A stretch of 64,000 bases of DNA from Ilumatobacteraceae bacterium (GCA_024644465.1 JAHEKY010000007.1:351-64350); one strand, 5' to 3'; shown: positions 9,576-19,146, numbered from the stretch's first letter. The notes: generated by a model not told the origin, from the sequence alone. Translations and numbers: made by a program.

Positions 9576-10085
9576 ATGCGACGCGCAACGACTCACATCG
9601 TCCTCCTCGGAGCACCCGGGTGTGGCAAGTCACGCACCGGGTCGGTCTTCGCCCGCCAGATCGGTCGTCCGTTCCTCGATGCGAACTCCGCGTCGGACAT
9701 CCCCAGCGGACACCTGCTCCACCGCCACCGGTCGCCCGAGGTCGACGAGGCCGAGCGGGCATGGCTGGGGCGCGTGCTCGCCACCTCCGGTCCGCTCGTC
9801 GTGTCTGCCCCGTGGGAAGTGCTCGATGTCCTCGAATCGATCGAGCGAGACCGCTTCTGGGGCGTCTGGCTGGCTGCATCGAGCGAGACCTTGACCGAGC
9901 GGCTGCACGCCGACGATCCGGATCTCTCCGCCGGCGAGCTGGCGACCTACCTCGAGCACTACGCCGCGATGGCCGACATCGCCGCCCGGGTGGTCGACGT
10001 GCGGGTGAGGACCGACGATCGCACGCCTGATCGCGTCGCCGCCGAGATCCTCAAGGGCTGGAGGTCACGCTCGCTCGTGGCGTGA
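9576..10085 (+). CDS. Shikimate/gluconate kinase-like P-loop kinase
   Basis: Walker A GAPGCGKS; PFLDA; VWLAAS...L..RL. Confidence 0.65.
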   Translation: MRRATTHIVLLGAPGCGKSRTGSVFARQIGRPFLDANSASDIPSGHLLHRHRSPEVDEAERAWLGRVLATSGPLVVSAPWEVLDVLESIERDRFWGVWLAASSETLTERLHADDPDLSAGELATYLEHYAAMADIAARVVDVRVRTDDRTPDRVAAEILKGWRSRSLVA

Positions 10086-10922
10086 CGGCTCGTCAGTCAC
10101 GATGTGGGCGAGCAGCACGCCGGCGATGATCAGATTGATCAGGCTCGTCGGGAACCACATCAGGAGGCCGGCGAGCCGCTGGTCGGTGACCGCGTCGAGC
10201 CCCCAACCAGGAGCGCCGGCCGCGTAGGGCTCGTACCAGGCGAACTGCGAGAACGTGATCAGCGCCGCCAGCACGACGCCCTGCATCATCAGCGCGAACA
10301 CCGCGAGCACACCGAGCCCGTCCGGCAGTCGCGTCCGACGCGCCCCCAGGACCGAGGACCACAGCAACAACGCCGCCCCGATGAACGACGCGTGTTCGAC
10401 CGTGTGCACCCAACGGTTCTCGACTGCGGCCTCGTACAGCGCTGATGCATGCCAGAGCCAGAGCACCGCGACGAACAGCATCCACCGGCGCATCGGCGCG
10501 CGCAGCCAGCGCAACCCCGCGAACAGGCCGGTCGCCCGGCGGGTCGACACGAACGAGCGCCGCACCTGCGTCGGCAGCCCGCGGATCAGGGCCGGACCGG
10601 GCACGGATACGGCGATCATCGGGGCGGCGACGAACATCAGCAGCACGTGCTGCACCATGTGGGCCGACATCAGCTCAGCCGACAGCGCATCGATCGGTGA
10701 CAGCAGCGCGACGGCGATCACGCCGAGCCCGGCGAGGAACGCAGCGGACCGGCAGCGCGTCGTGCCCAACGACCGGCAACCTGCGACGTACAGCGCAGCG
10801 GCGACCAGCAGTACGACGACCACCAGCGGATCGAACCGCCACGCCCACAGCGCGTCGTGCGGCTGCACCGGGGCGCCGTCGTGTGCCACGAGGCCCGCAG
10901 GCAGCAGCCGCGCCGTCAGCAT
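10065..10922 (-). CDS. ctaG: Cytochrome c oxidase assembly protein (caa3-type CtaG)
   Basis: SAHMVQH, WLWH, HTVEH and DQRLAGLLMW motifs. Confidence 0.88.
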   Translation of the reverse strand: MLTARLLPAGLVAHDGAPVQPHDALWAWRFDPLVVVVLLVAAALYVAGCRSLGTTRCRSAAFLAGLGVIAVALLSPIDALSAELMSAHMVQHVLLMFVAAPMIAVSVPGPALIRGLPTQVRRSFVSTRRATGLFAGLRWLRAPMRRWMLFVAVLWLWHASALYEAAVENRWVHTVEHASFIGAALLLWSSVLGARRTRLPDGLGVLAVFALMMQGVVLAALITFSQFAWYEPYAAGAPGWGLDAVTDQRLAGLLMWFPTSLINLIIAGVLLAHIVTDEPSRHERA

Positions 10923-11314
10923 GGCGCCAGCACCAGGACGGGAAGACACGTCGCGGCGACGGCGACGGCAGCACCGAGCGAGAGTGGGACGCCAACACCC
11001 ACCGCGACGGCTGCCTCGCGCCGCCGTGCGGCCCGGCGGGCGGCGACCGCGAGGGCGACGCACCCCACGACAGCGATGACCGTGAGCGCCACCACAGCGA
11101 CGCGCAACGTCTCCGCGCCGACGAAGTCGATCCGCGCCGACCGCTGCGCGGTGCATGCGGCTTCGGCGAGCAGGTAGACCGCGCCGAAGTGGACGATCCA
11201 GATGACCGGTCCGCCGATCGTCAGCAGCCACATCCGGAACGTGCCGGGCTGGCGGACGGCCGGCTCGAGCGGCGGCTCGACCGTGTCGACAGGGATCGGG
11301 GCGTGCTCGGTCAT
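10916..11314 (-). CDS. Small membrane protein of the oxidase operon
   Basis: Three TM segments (IWIVHFGAVY...C); overlaps both neighbours. Confidence 0.65.
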   Translation of the reverse strand: MTEHAPIPVDTVEPPLEPAVRQPGTFRMWLLTIGGPVIWIVHFGAVYLLAEAACTAQRSARIDFVGAETLRVAVVALTVIAVVGCVALAVAARRAARRREAAVAVGVGVPLSLGAAVAVAATCLPVLVLAPC

Positions 11315-13923
11315 GACGTCAGGTACGGCGATCCGTAGAGGACGGCGATCGTCAGGGCCGCGATCGCACCGGTCGCCACCCAGAACCGGGCGACGTTGTC
11401 GATCGGTGAGAAGCGGTGCGCCGAGTATTCACCCCGGGCGCCGTAGACGAATGTCGCCGCCGACATCACCAGCGCGCAGCACGTGACGACGATCGCGAAG
11501 CCGCCGAGTGTGTGGAAGATCGACCCGTACGCATGGTCCGCGGCGCCGAAGTCGGCCTGCACGAGATCGGTGACGAGCAGCGCGACTGCGGCGGCGCCGC
11601 ACGTGATGCCCGCGCCGAGCCCGCCGAGCAGGCGTTCCCGATCGTCGGCGAGAATACCCCGTCGCCCCGCCTGCACCGCAGCCACCGCGACCGCGAACAG
11701 CGCGACGATGATGGCACCAATCCAGATGTCGGGCCGCTCGACGCCGGCCGGCGGCCACACCGGGTTCTCGAGACGCAGGTAGAAGTAGCTGAGCACGAAG
11801 CTGCCGAAGGCGATCGACAGGAACAGGATCGCGAGGGCCATCCCCCACCGCGCAACGACGAGGCTGCCCGATGCCCGTACCGGTACACCGTGCTCGCGCT
11901 CGAACTCCAGTTCCTCGGCCTCGGTCATCGGAGCGGGGCTCGGCCGGTTCCACATCAGCACCGCGCCGACCACGATCGCCGCGCCGAGCAGTGCGCCGAG
12001 CCGCAACTTCAGCAGCTCGCTGGCGAAGATGACGACGGTGCCGACGGCGGTGACGAACGGCCAGATCGACGTGTCGGACACGCGGAAGATCTCCTCGGGC
12101 TCGCCGTTGCCGGTGCCGACGACGAGGACGGCACGCCACTTCAGCGGCCACTTCCCGAGCGCGTCGGCGAGCCGCTCGTGGCGCTCGTCGCCGGTGTGGA
12201 GATCGTCCTGGTCCCAGAGCGGGTGCCGCGTGCGCACGATCGGCAGCCGCGTCCATCCCTGCTGTGGCGGCGGCGACGGCAGCGCCCACTCGAGGCTGTC
12301 CGCACCCCACGGGTTCGGCCCGGCGGGTTGGCCGTGTTTGCGGCTCCACCAGACGTTGAGCATGAAGAACCCGATACCGGGCAGGATCAGGAGCAGGCCG
12401 AGCGAGGAGATCAGGTTCCAGATCGCCCACCCGGCATCAGCGGGATAGGTGTAGATCCGGCGCGGCATCCCGAGCAGGCCGACGATGTGCATCGGGAAGA
12501 ACGTGACGTGCACGCCGGCGAACAACAGCCAGAAGTTCCACCGGCCCAGCCGTTCGCTCATCATCCGGCCCGTGAACTTCGGGAACCAGTAGTAGACGCC
12601 GGCGAAGATCGGGAACGCGACGCCGCCGATCAGCACGTAGTGGAGGTGGCCGACGACGAAGTACGAATCGTGCGCCTGCTGGTCGAACGGCACTGCCGCG
12701 ACCATCACGCCGGTGATCCCGCCAACGACGAACGTGACCATGAACCCGAACACGAACAGCATCGGCGTGCTCCACCGGACGCGCCCGTCCCAGATCGTGG
12801 CGATCCACGAAAAGAACTGCACCCCGGCCGGGACGGCGATCACCATGCTCGCCGCGGCGAAGAACGCGAGGACGATAGCGGGCAGGCCGACGGTGAACAT
12901 GTGGTGCGCCCACAACCCGAACGACAGGAAGCCGATGCCGATCATCGCCGCGACCATCCACGAGTAGCCGGCGATCCGGCGACGGACCATCACGGGCAGC
13001 ACCATCGACACGATCCCGGTGGCGGGGAGGAACTGGATGTACACCTCGGGGTGGCCGAAGATCCAGAAAAGGTGCTGCCACAGCAGTGAACTGCCGCCGG
13101 CCTCCGGCGTGAAGAAGTGCATCCCGAAACCCCGCTCGAGTTCGAGCAGCAGGCTGCCGACGATCAGCGGCGTGAAGGCGAACAGGATCATGAATGCCGT
13201 CGTCAACATCGCCCAGGCGTACAGCGGCAGGCGGGCGAGCGACATCCCGGGGGCGCGCAACTTGAGCACCGCGATGATGATCTCGACGGCGCCGGCGATC
13301 GCACCGATCTCCGCGACGCCGAGCCCGAGCACCCAGAAGTCGACGTTCAGGTCCGGCGAGAACCTGGGCCCGCTGAGCGGGGTGTAGGCGAACCAGCCGA
13401 CGTCGGGCACCGCGCTGAACAGGGTGCTGCTGTAGTACAGCAACCCGCCCATCAGGAACGTCCAGTAGGCGAACGCCCCGAGCCGGGGGAACGGCATCTC
13501 GCGCGAGCCGAGCAGCATCGGCAGCGTGAGAATCGCGAAGCCTTCGAAGATCGGCAGGATGACGAGGAACATCGTCACCGAGCCATGGTTCGTGAACAGC
13601 TCGTTGTACAACTGCGGCCCGATGATCTCGCTGTCCGGTCGAGCGAGCTGGAGGCGCATCACGACCGAGTCCACGCTGCCACCGAGCAACAGGAAGAAGA
13701 ACCCGGTGAGCATCATCCGCCTGCCGACGGCGTCGTTCTGGACTGCCGTCAGGCGGCCCCAGAGGCCGGGCTTGTCGTCCCACAACCGGTCGAGTTCGGC
13801 GGTCGTCTCGTGGTGGATCGACACCGGTGTCGTCGGGTCGGTCAACAGGCCGGTCGCCTCGTCGACGATCGGCTCCCCCACCGGACCGTGCCGGTCGGAC
13901 GGGTGCTGGTGGGTCAGCGACAT
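11311..13923 (-). CDS. ctaD: Cytochrome c oxidase subunit I fused to a subunit III-like domain
   Basis: FTNHG, WIFGHPEVY, WAHHMF and VGHLHY heme/CuB motifs, plus about 250 aa of C-terminal CoxIII-like TM region. Confidence 0.93.
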   Translation of the reverse strand: MSLTHQHPSDRHGPVGEPIVDEATGLLTDPTTPVSIHHETTAELDRLWDDKPGLWGRLTAVQNDAVGRRMMLTGFFFLLLGGSVDSVVMRLQLARPDSEIIGPQLYNELFTNHGSVTMFLVILPIFEGFAILTLPMLLGSREMPFPRLGAFAYWTFLMGGLLYYSSTLFSAVPDVGWFAYTPLSGPRFSPDLNVDFWVLGLGVAEIGAIAGAVEIIIAVLKLRAPGMSLARLPLYAWAMLTTAFMILFAFTPLIVGSLLLELERGFGMHFFTPEAGGSSLLWQHLFWIFGHPEVYIQFLPATGIVSMVLPVMVRRRIAGYSWMVAAMIGIGFLSFGLWAHHMFTVGLPAIVLAFFAAASMVIAVPAGVQFFSWIATIWDGRVRWSTPMLFVFGFMVTFVVGGITGVMVAAVPFDQQAHDSYFVVGHLHYVLIGGVAFPIFAGVYYWFPKFTGRMMSERLGRWNFWLLFAGVHVTFFPMHIVGLLGMPRRIYTYPADAGWAIWNLISSLGLLLILPGIGFFMLNVWWSRKHGQPAGPNPWGADSLEWALPSPPPQQGWTRLPIVRTRHPLWDQDDLHTGDERHERLADALGKWPLKWRAVLVVGTGNGEPEEIFRVSDTSIWPFVTAVGTVVIFASELLKLRLGALLGAAIVVGAVLMWNRPSPAPMTEAEELEFEREHGVPVRASGSLVVARWGMALAILFLSIAFGSFVLSYFYLRLENPVWPPAGVERPDIWIGAIIVALFAVAVAAVQAGRRGILADDRERLLGGLGAGITCGAAAVALLVTDLVQADFGAADHAYGSIFHTLGGFAIVVTCCALVMSAATFVYGARGEYSAHRFSPIDNVARFWVATGAIAALTIAVLYGSPYLTS

Positions 13924-13930
13924 CGGCCGC

Positions 13931-14857
13931 TCACTCCAGCCCCTCGAGGTAGGCGAGCAGGTCGTCGATCTCGTCGTCGGTCAGCGATGGCCCCGGCATC
14001 AGCACGCCCGGTTTCACGGCGTGCGGATCGGTGATCCACTCGCGCAGGTCGGGAATCGTCGTGTCCCGCATGCCCCCGGCGATGCTCTCGCGGCTTCGCA
14101 GGTGGGTCAGATCCGGGCCCGTCGTACCATTGGCCGTCGTCCCGGCGATCGTGTGGCAGCTCCCGCAGTCGCTGGCGACGAACACGTCGAGACCGCGCTG
14201 CGCGGCCGCCGACACCGGGACGCGTGCGGCTGCGCGCTGCGCTTCGATCCATGACGCGTAGTCGTCCGGTCGGTGGGCGACGACGACGATGTCCATGTTG
14301 GCGTGCTGCAGGCCGCAGAACTCGGCACACCTGCCGGGGTACCGGCCGGGCCGGGTCGCGTCGATCACGAGCGTGTTGACCCGCTCGGGCAGCAGGTCGA
14401 GCTTCCCGGCGAGTTCCGGGACCCAGAGGCTGTGGATCACATCCGCCGACTGCATACGCAGCGCAACCGGTTCGCCGACGGGAATGTGGATCTCGTTCGC
14501 CGTCACGACGCCGTGCTCCGGGTACCGCACCTCCCACCACCACTGATGGCCGATCACCTCGACCTCGACGGCCGTGTCCGGCGGGTTCTGCGCGGAGCTG
14601 CGCATCGTCGACAGCGTCACCGCGAGAACGACCGCGATCACGACAGCGGGCAGGGCGATGCCCCCGCCGAGCATCCACGCCCGCGACGTCGATCGGTCCT
14701 CGGGCCGACCGCTGCGCCGCACGCCGACGAACAGCGCGGCAACGACGAGCACGAACACGGCGAAACCGAGGAAGAAGAGCAGCCACCACACCGCGGCGAT
14801 GTCGTCGGCGCCGGAGCCGCTCGGATCGAGCGCACCGCGGAGACGTGACCCCTCCAT
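13931..14857 (-). CDS. ctaC: Cytochrome c oxidase subunit II with cytochrome c domain
   Basis: GHQWWW, DVIHSLW, CuA motif CAEFCGLQHANM, C-terminal CGSCH. Confidence 0.93.
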   Translation of the reverse strand: MEGSRLRGALDPSGSGADDIAAVWWLLFFLGFAVFVLVVAALFVGVRRSGRPEDRSTSRAWMLGGGIALPAVVIAVVLAVTLSTMRSSAQNPPDTAVEVEVIGHQWWWEVRYPEHGVVTANEIHIPVGEPVALRMQSADVIHSLWVPELAGKLDLLPERVNTLVIDATRPGRYPGRCAEFCGLQHANMDIVVVAHRPDDYASWIEAQRAAARVPVSAAAQRGLDVFVASDCGSCHTIAGTTANGTTGPDLTHLRSRESIAGGMRDTTIPDLREWITDPHAVKPGVLMPGPSLTDDEIDDLLAYLEGLE

Positions 14858-14906
14858 GGAGGGGTCGTTACCCGCCGGTTGCCGCCGCGAAACGTCGCCG
14901 GTCGGG

Positions 14907-15695
14907 TCAGTCGCTGTCGACGCGCAGCGGTCGCCCGCTGACGCGTTCGATCGCGATCCACATGACCGCCAGCGCAGACAGGCCGAGGGTGATCCCGCCG
15001 ACCACGTCGGTCACGTAGTGCATGCCGCGGTAGAGCCGCGAGGCGATGACGATCGTCGGTGCGGCGACGGCGAGCGCGACGAACGGAACCTGCACCCGAC
15101 GATCGCTCGTGTGCCACGTCGCGACGAGGGCAAGGCCCACGTAGAACACCACCGCGGCAGCAACGTGGCCGCTCGGGAAACTGTCGGTCGGCGCACCGTC
15201 GAGCTGCTCGACGGGCGGTCGGTCGCGCCCGACGAGCGTCGACGCCGTGAGGAACGTCGTCAACTCCAGCACGAGCGCGCCGACGATGAACACCCAGTCA
15301 TGCCAACGGCGGAACGCCCAGAGGAAGACGGGGAGCAGCACCGCCGACGCGACGACCATCGTGATCGTGTCCGACGGCATCGAGGCATAGTCGCTGAGCG
15401 TCGTCCACGTCGCGGTGCGACGGTCGGCGAGCCACCGATTGATGTCGGCGTCGCGAGCGCCGAACCAGCTGCCCTCCCAGAGCGACACGATCAGAATGCC
15501 GACGACCGTCAGCGCGGCGGTCATCGACACGTACCCGATCCCCATCGCCAACGCGCCGTGTCGGTCGAGCGGGGACTCGGCCCACCAGCGATCCTCGGCG
15601 GCGGGAGTGGCGTCGGACGGCGGGTTGTCCACTGTCGACCGCATGGATTGCCGGGTCCCCGCTGAGATCGGCGGCGAAACGGGCGACCGACTCAC
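14907..15695 (-). CDS. PAP2-family phosphatase
   Basis: RDRP, SFPSGH and SRLYRGMHYVTD motifs. Confidence 0.88.
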   Translation of the reverse strand: MSRSPVSPPISAGTRQSMRSTVDNPPSDATPAAEDRWWAESPLDRHGALAMGIGYVSMTAALTVVGILIVSLWEGSWFGARDADINRWLADRRTATWTTLSDYASMPSDTITMVVASAVLLPVFLWAFRRWHDWVFIVGALVLELTTFLTASTLVGRDRPPVEQLDGAPTDSFPSGHVAAAVVFYVGLALVATWHTSDRRVQVPFVALAVAAPTIVIASRLYRGMHYVTDVVGGITLGLSALAVMWIAIERVSGRPLRVDSD

Positions 15696-16888
15696 TCCAT
15701 GACCCCGGCGGCGCTGTCGGGGATGTACAGGTCGTCCGGGTCGTCGCCGTTCGCCTTGACCACGCTGGCTGCAGCAACGACGGCGGCGGTCACCGGGACG
15801 GCAACGAGTGCACCGACGATTCCGGCGAGCGCCGCTCCGACGCCGAGCGCGATGAGGATGACTACCGGGTGGAGCTGCACCTGGCGGCGCATCACCATCG
15901 GAAGCAGCACATCTCCTTCGATCTGCTGGATCGCGAGGACCACGACGGCGAGGATCACTGCGGTGGTCGGGCCCTCGGACACGGCCGCGATGCCGACCGA
16001 GAGCGCACCGACGAGCGTTGCGCCGACGATCGGGAAGAAGGCCGCGAAGAACGTGAGCACGGCGAGCGGCAGCGCAGCCGGGACACCCAGGACGACGAGC
16101 GCGATCCCGATGAGCACGGCGTCGGCCAACCCGGTGATCGCGATGCCCTTCAGCCAGCCCTGGAGCGACCCGAATGCGGCCCGACCGGCACGATCGAGGT
16201 CGTCACGGCGAACGGGCTTCACCCGCCGCAGCAACCAGCGCCACATCTCCGGGCCGTCCTTCAGACCGAAGAACACGACGACGAGCGCGAGGAAGAAGCC
16301 GCCGACGACCTCGCCGACCAGGCGGGCGGTCGAGCCGGGCTCGTCGAGCAAGCCCGACACGAAGCCGTCGCCGGCGGAGCTGAGCCGGTTGCTCACGTCG
16401 TCGACCTGGGATTCGCTGAGCCCGAGGGGCCCGGTCTGCAACCAGCTCTCCACGTCGACGACGACCCGGTCGAACTCGTCGGCGAAGTCACCCACCGCCG
16501 CCGAGATCGGCGCCGCGAGCAGCCAGCCGATCAGTGCGAGCGTCCCGGCGACCGCGGCCATCGTGATCCACGTGGCCAGCAGGCGCGGCATCCGCGCGGC
16601 GAGTCGGTCGACGACCGGGTTGAGGAGGGCGATGATCAGCAGCGCGACGAAGATCGGAATGACGACCACGCGGAGCACCACGAGGACCCGCAGCGCGAGA
16701 TAGATCGCAACGGCGACAACGATGAACCGCCATGCCCATGCGGCGCCGTGCTGGAGGAACGAGGGAACCGCCGCCCGCGAACTCCCGCCTGGGCTGTCGG
16801 CGATCGCCCCGTCGGCCACCACCCGGTCCGCGATCGCCCCGGAGGTCATCACGTGGTCCGGACGCGACGGGCTTGCCAGTTCGTACAT
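15692..16888 (-). CDS. AI-2E family transporter
   Basis: Multi-TM; FFPIVG, QQIEG..L.P, LHPVVIL, GALVAVP; start uncertain. Confidence 0.88.
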   Translation of the reverse strand: MYELASPSRPDHVMTSGAIADRVVADGAIADSPGGSSRAAVPSFLQHGAAWAWRFIVVAVAIYLALRVLVVLRVVVIPIFVALLIIALLNPVVDRLAARMPRLLATWITMAAVAGTLALIGWLLAAPISAAVGDFADEFDRVVVDVESWLQTGPLGLSESQVDDVSNRLSSAGDGFVSGLLDEPGSTARLVGEVVGGFFLALVVVFFGLKDGPEMWRWLLRRVKPVRRDDLDRAGRAAFGSLQGWLKGIAITGLADAVLIGIALVVLGVPAALPLAVLTFFAAFFPIVGATLVGALSVGIAAVSEGPTTAVILAVVVLAIQQIEGDVLLPMVMRRQVQLHPVVILIALGVGAALAGIVGALVAVPVTAAVVAAASVVKANGDDPDDLYIPDSAAGVME

Positions 16889-16983
16889 GCGCAGGCGATA
16901 CCCACAATCCCCCGGGTTCAACCGTGGCAATCGAACGGCGCCCCGCTCGCTCATCGAGCGAACCGGCGGGATACCGTCGAAGG

Positions 16984-18012
16984 GTGACCACGACGACGCT
17001 GCGCTACTCCGCCGCCGACCTGCTGCGCGACCACGACGGCCTCACGCCGCACGTCGTCGACGGCCGCCGCCTCCACGGCGGCTTCCACGCCGACGGCACG
17101 TACCAGCCGCCACGGGCGCTCGTCCGCGAGCAGGCGCTCGACGCCTGGACCGCAGCGCTCCGGGCACGGGGCGGCGACATGTTCCCCGCCGACGCCGGGC
17201 TGCTCACCGGGCAGCGGCTCCCGACTGCCGAGCAGCAGCGGATCCTGCTCCGCAACGGGCTCGACCGGATGTTCTGGAACTCGCTCACGGTCATCGGCAA
17301 GATCGAGGCGCGCGGCCGGCTGCTCGCCGACGTGGACTTCCCCGACCTGCAGCCGGCGATCGTCGACGACATCTCCGAGATGGCGATCGGCCACCTCGGC
17401 CGCGGCCTGCTCGTCGCGCACGGTCTCGACGAGGGCGGCGAGCCGGACGCAGGTGTCGGCGCCCACGACGCGATGTGGTTCATCGCCCGCGATCTCGTGT
17501 TCGACCACGGCGCCCACCCCGATGTCAGCCCCCCGGAGAACATCGCCCGCCCCGAAGCGGGCCAGCGGATCATGCCGGAGCTCGCGCCGGAGACCGAGGG
17601 CCTGCTGTCGCTCCTGGCGAACCTGCTGATCATCGAGTTCAGGGCCGAGATCGGCTTTGCCGACACCCAGGCGATCCTGCGTTCCGCGGACCTGTTCACC
17701 GATCGGCGGGCCGCCGCCGAACTGGCGGCGGAGATGATCGAGCGGATCCGAACCGACGAGGCGATCCACGTCCGCTCGCTGTGCCTCTACCTCGGCGAGC
17801 TGTGCACGGTCGAGTTCCGGACCCTCGACGGTGGCACGATCTCCGGCCTCGCCCTGATCGACCGCTTCTGGAGCGGCCTCGTGCACTGGGCGACCGTCGA
17901 ACAGCCGGCACTCAGCGTGGCGCGGATCCGCCCCGATTACGAGGCCTACATCGCGACCCACCCCGAAGCCGAACGCGTCCGGGCCGAGTTCGACGCCGCG
18001 GGCACGGCCTGA
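16984..18012 (+). CDS. Hypothetical protein, probable ferritin-like (diiron) fold
   Basis: Helical; IEARG, HGLDEGG...AHD, IEFRAE and RTDEAIH (DExxH) motifs. Confidence 0.6.
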   Translation: MTTTTLRYSAADLLRDHDGLTPHVVDGRRLHGGFHADGTYQPPRALVREQALDAWTAALRARGGDMFPADAGLLTGQRLPTAEQQRILLRNGLDRMFWNSLTVIGKIEARGRLLADVDFPDLQPAIVDDISEMAIGHLGRGLLVAHGLDEGGEPDAGVGAHDAMWFIARDLVFDHGAHPDVSPPENIARPEAGQRIMPELAPETEGLLSLLANLLIIEFRAEIGFADTQAILRSADLFTDRRAAAELAAEMIERIRTDEAIHVRSLCLYLGELCTVEFRTLDGGTISGLALIDRFWSGLVHWATVEQPALSVARIRPDYEAYIATHPEAERVRAEFDAAGTA

Positions 18013-18058
18013 AAAACGGCGAACGACCCCCGAGAAATCGGAGGCCGTGCGCACGTTG

Positions 18059-18131
18059 CTCCGGGAGCAGGGCTCGAACCTGCGACATTCTGATTAACAG
18101 TCAGACGCTCTGCCAGCTGAGCTATCCCGGA
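18059..18131 (-). tRNA. tRNA-Asn(GTT)
   Basis: Full cloverleaf TCCGGGATAGCTCAG...TCTGA-CTGTTAA-TCAGA...GGTTCGAGCCC...TCCCGGAG; CCA not encoded. Confidence 0.96.
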
Positions 18132-18774
18132 AAGACTTCGGAGAGGATATCGCTTCGATCATTGCCATCACACGCCGATGGATGGTTCGACAGCTGTAGC
18201 ACACCGTTGCGCAACCATGCACATGACGATTCCGCCGTCGCGTGAGATCCGCCACAGCTCGATACGGCTTGGTGAACTGCGCCCGCGGGATCTTCGTGAC
18301 GTGCTCCCAATGCCGAATGGCCGCGTCGAGGTCCAGATCAGCGTGCAGGTACAGATTGACCCGTAAGCGGCGCTCGTCGATTTCGAACTCCGACCTGAGC
18401 CAGGTGAGGAAGATGCGCACGAGTCGCTCGTCGCTGTTCGCGAACTTGAGAGCACCGTCGGACTTGCTGCCCTCGCCTGCGTACAGCGCGAGGCAGAACA
18501 TCAGCATGTCGCGCTCCGAGACCTCGCCGATGGCGACATCGGCGTCGACGCGACACCGTTCCAGCTCGGCGAGCTTCTTCAGGTGCAGGGGGTGCGGCGC
18601 ATGTTCGCGATGGCCTCGGTTGCGCGGTTTCGGCACGAACTCGACATCGCGGGTCCAGATGGACACCGACGATTTCGACACGCCGAGCTCCTCGGCGATC
18701 TCGAGCAGCGTCCACGCCCGGGCCCGCAACTCACGCGCCCGTTGCCGTTCGACAGTCTTACCGCCGTAGCCCAT
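18094..18774 (-). CDS. HTH + LAGLIDADG-like domain protein overlapping tRNA-Asn
   Basis: N-terminal HTH (WTLLEIAEELGVSKSSVSIW); LALYAGEGSK helix followed by LKFANSD; stop TAA at 18094-18096; alternative start at 18792. Confidence 0.7.
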   Translation of the reverse strand: MGYGGKTVERQRARELRARAWTLLEIAEELGVSKSSVSIWTRDVEFVPKPRNRGHREHAPHPLHLKKLAELERCRVDADVAIGEVSERDMLMFCLALYAGEGSKSDGALKFANSDERLVRIFLTWLRSEFEIDERRLRVNLYLHADLDLDAAIRHWEHVTKIPRAQFTKPYRAVADLTRRRNRHVHGCATVCYSCRTIHRRVMAMIEAISSPKSFRDSSAGRASDC

Positions 18775-18832
18775 GTCCCCGATGATGCCCACACGGTGTC
18801 ACCACGATGCCAGGGCGCCCGTTCGGACCATC

Positions 18833-19106
18833 GACGAAGCCACCTCCCCGCGCCGACGGCGCCGGCTCGGGCACAGCCCGAGGACTCGAGTGCAGCGACG
18901 AAATCGCCGGGACAGCGACGCACGGACGCCCACTGACGAAGCCACCTCCCGGCGCCGACGGCGCCGGCTCGGGCACAGCCCGAGGACTCGAGTGCAGCGA
19001 CGAAATCGCCGGGACAGCGACGCACGGACGCCCACTGACGAAGCCACCTCCCGGCGCCGACGGCGCCGGCTCGGGCACAGCCCGAGGACTCGAGTGCAGC
19101 GACGAA
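18833..19106. repeat. 102-bp tandem repeat, about 2.7 copies, hairpin-rich
   Basis: GACGAAGCCACCTCC starts at 18833, 18935 and 19037; copies nearly identical. Confidence 0.95.
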
Positions 19107-19146
19107 GTCGCTGGGCCGGCGTAGCCGGCGCACGCCGAAGGCGTGC

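Noticed and set aside
18933-19025. Hammerhead ribozyme in each repeat unit (CTGACGA...GAAA)
   Set aside because: The core words are present on the plus strand, but stem II does not close, position 16.1 is C rather than U, and no stem I pairing is found. A cmsearch would settle it.
18833-19106. CRISPR array
   Set aside because: The repeat core is 70 bp, the two 32-bp 'spacers' are identical, and there are no cas genes in the window.
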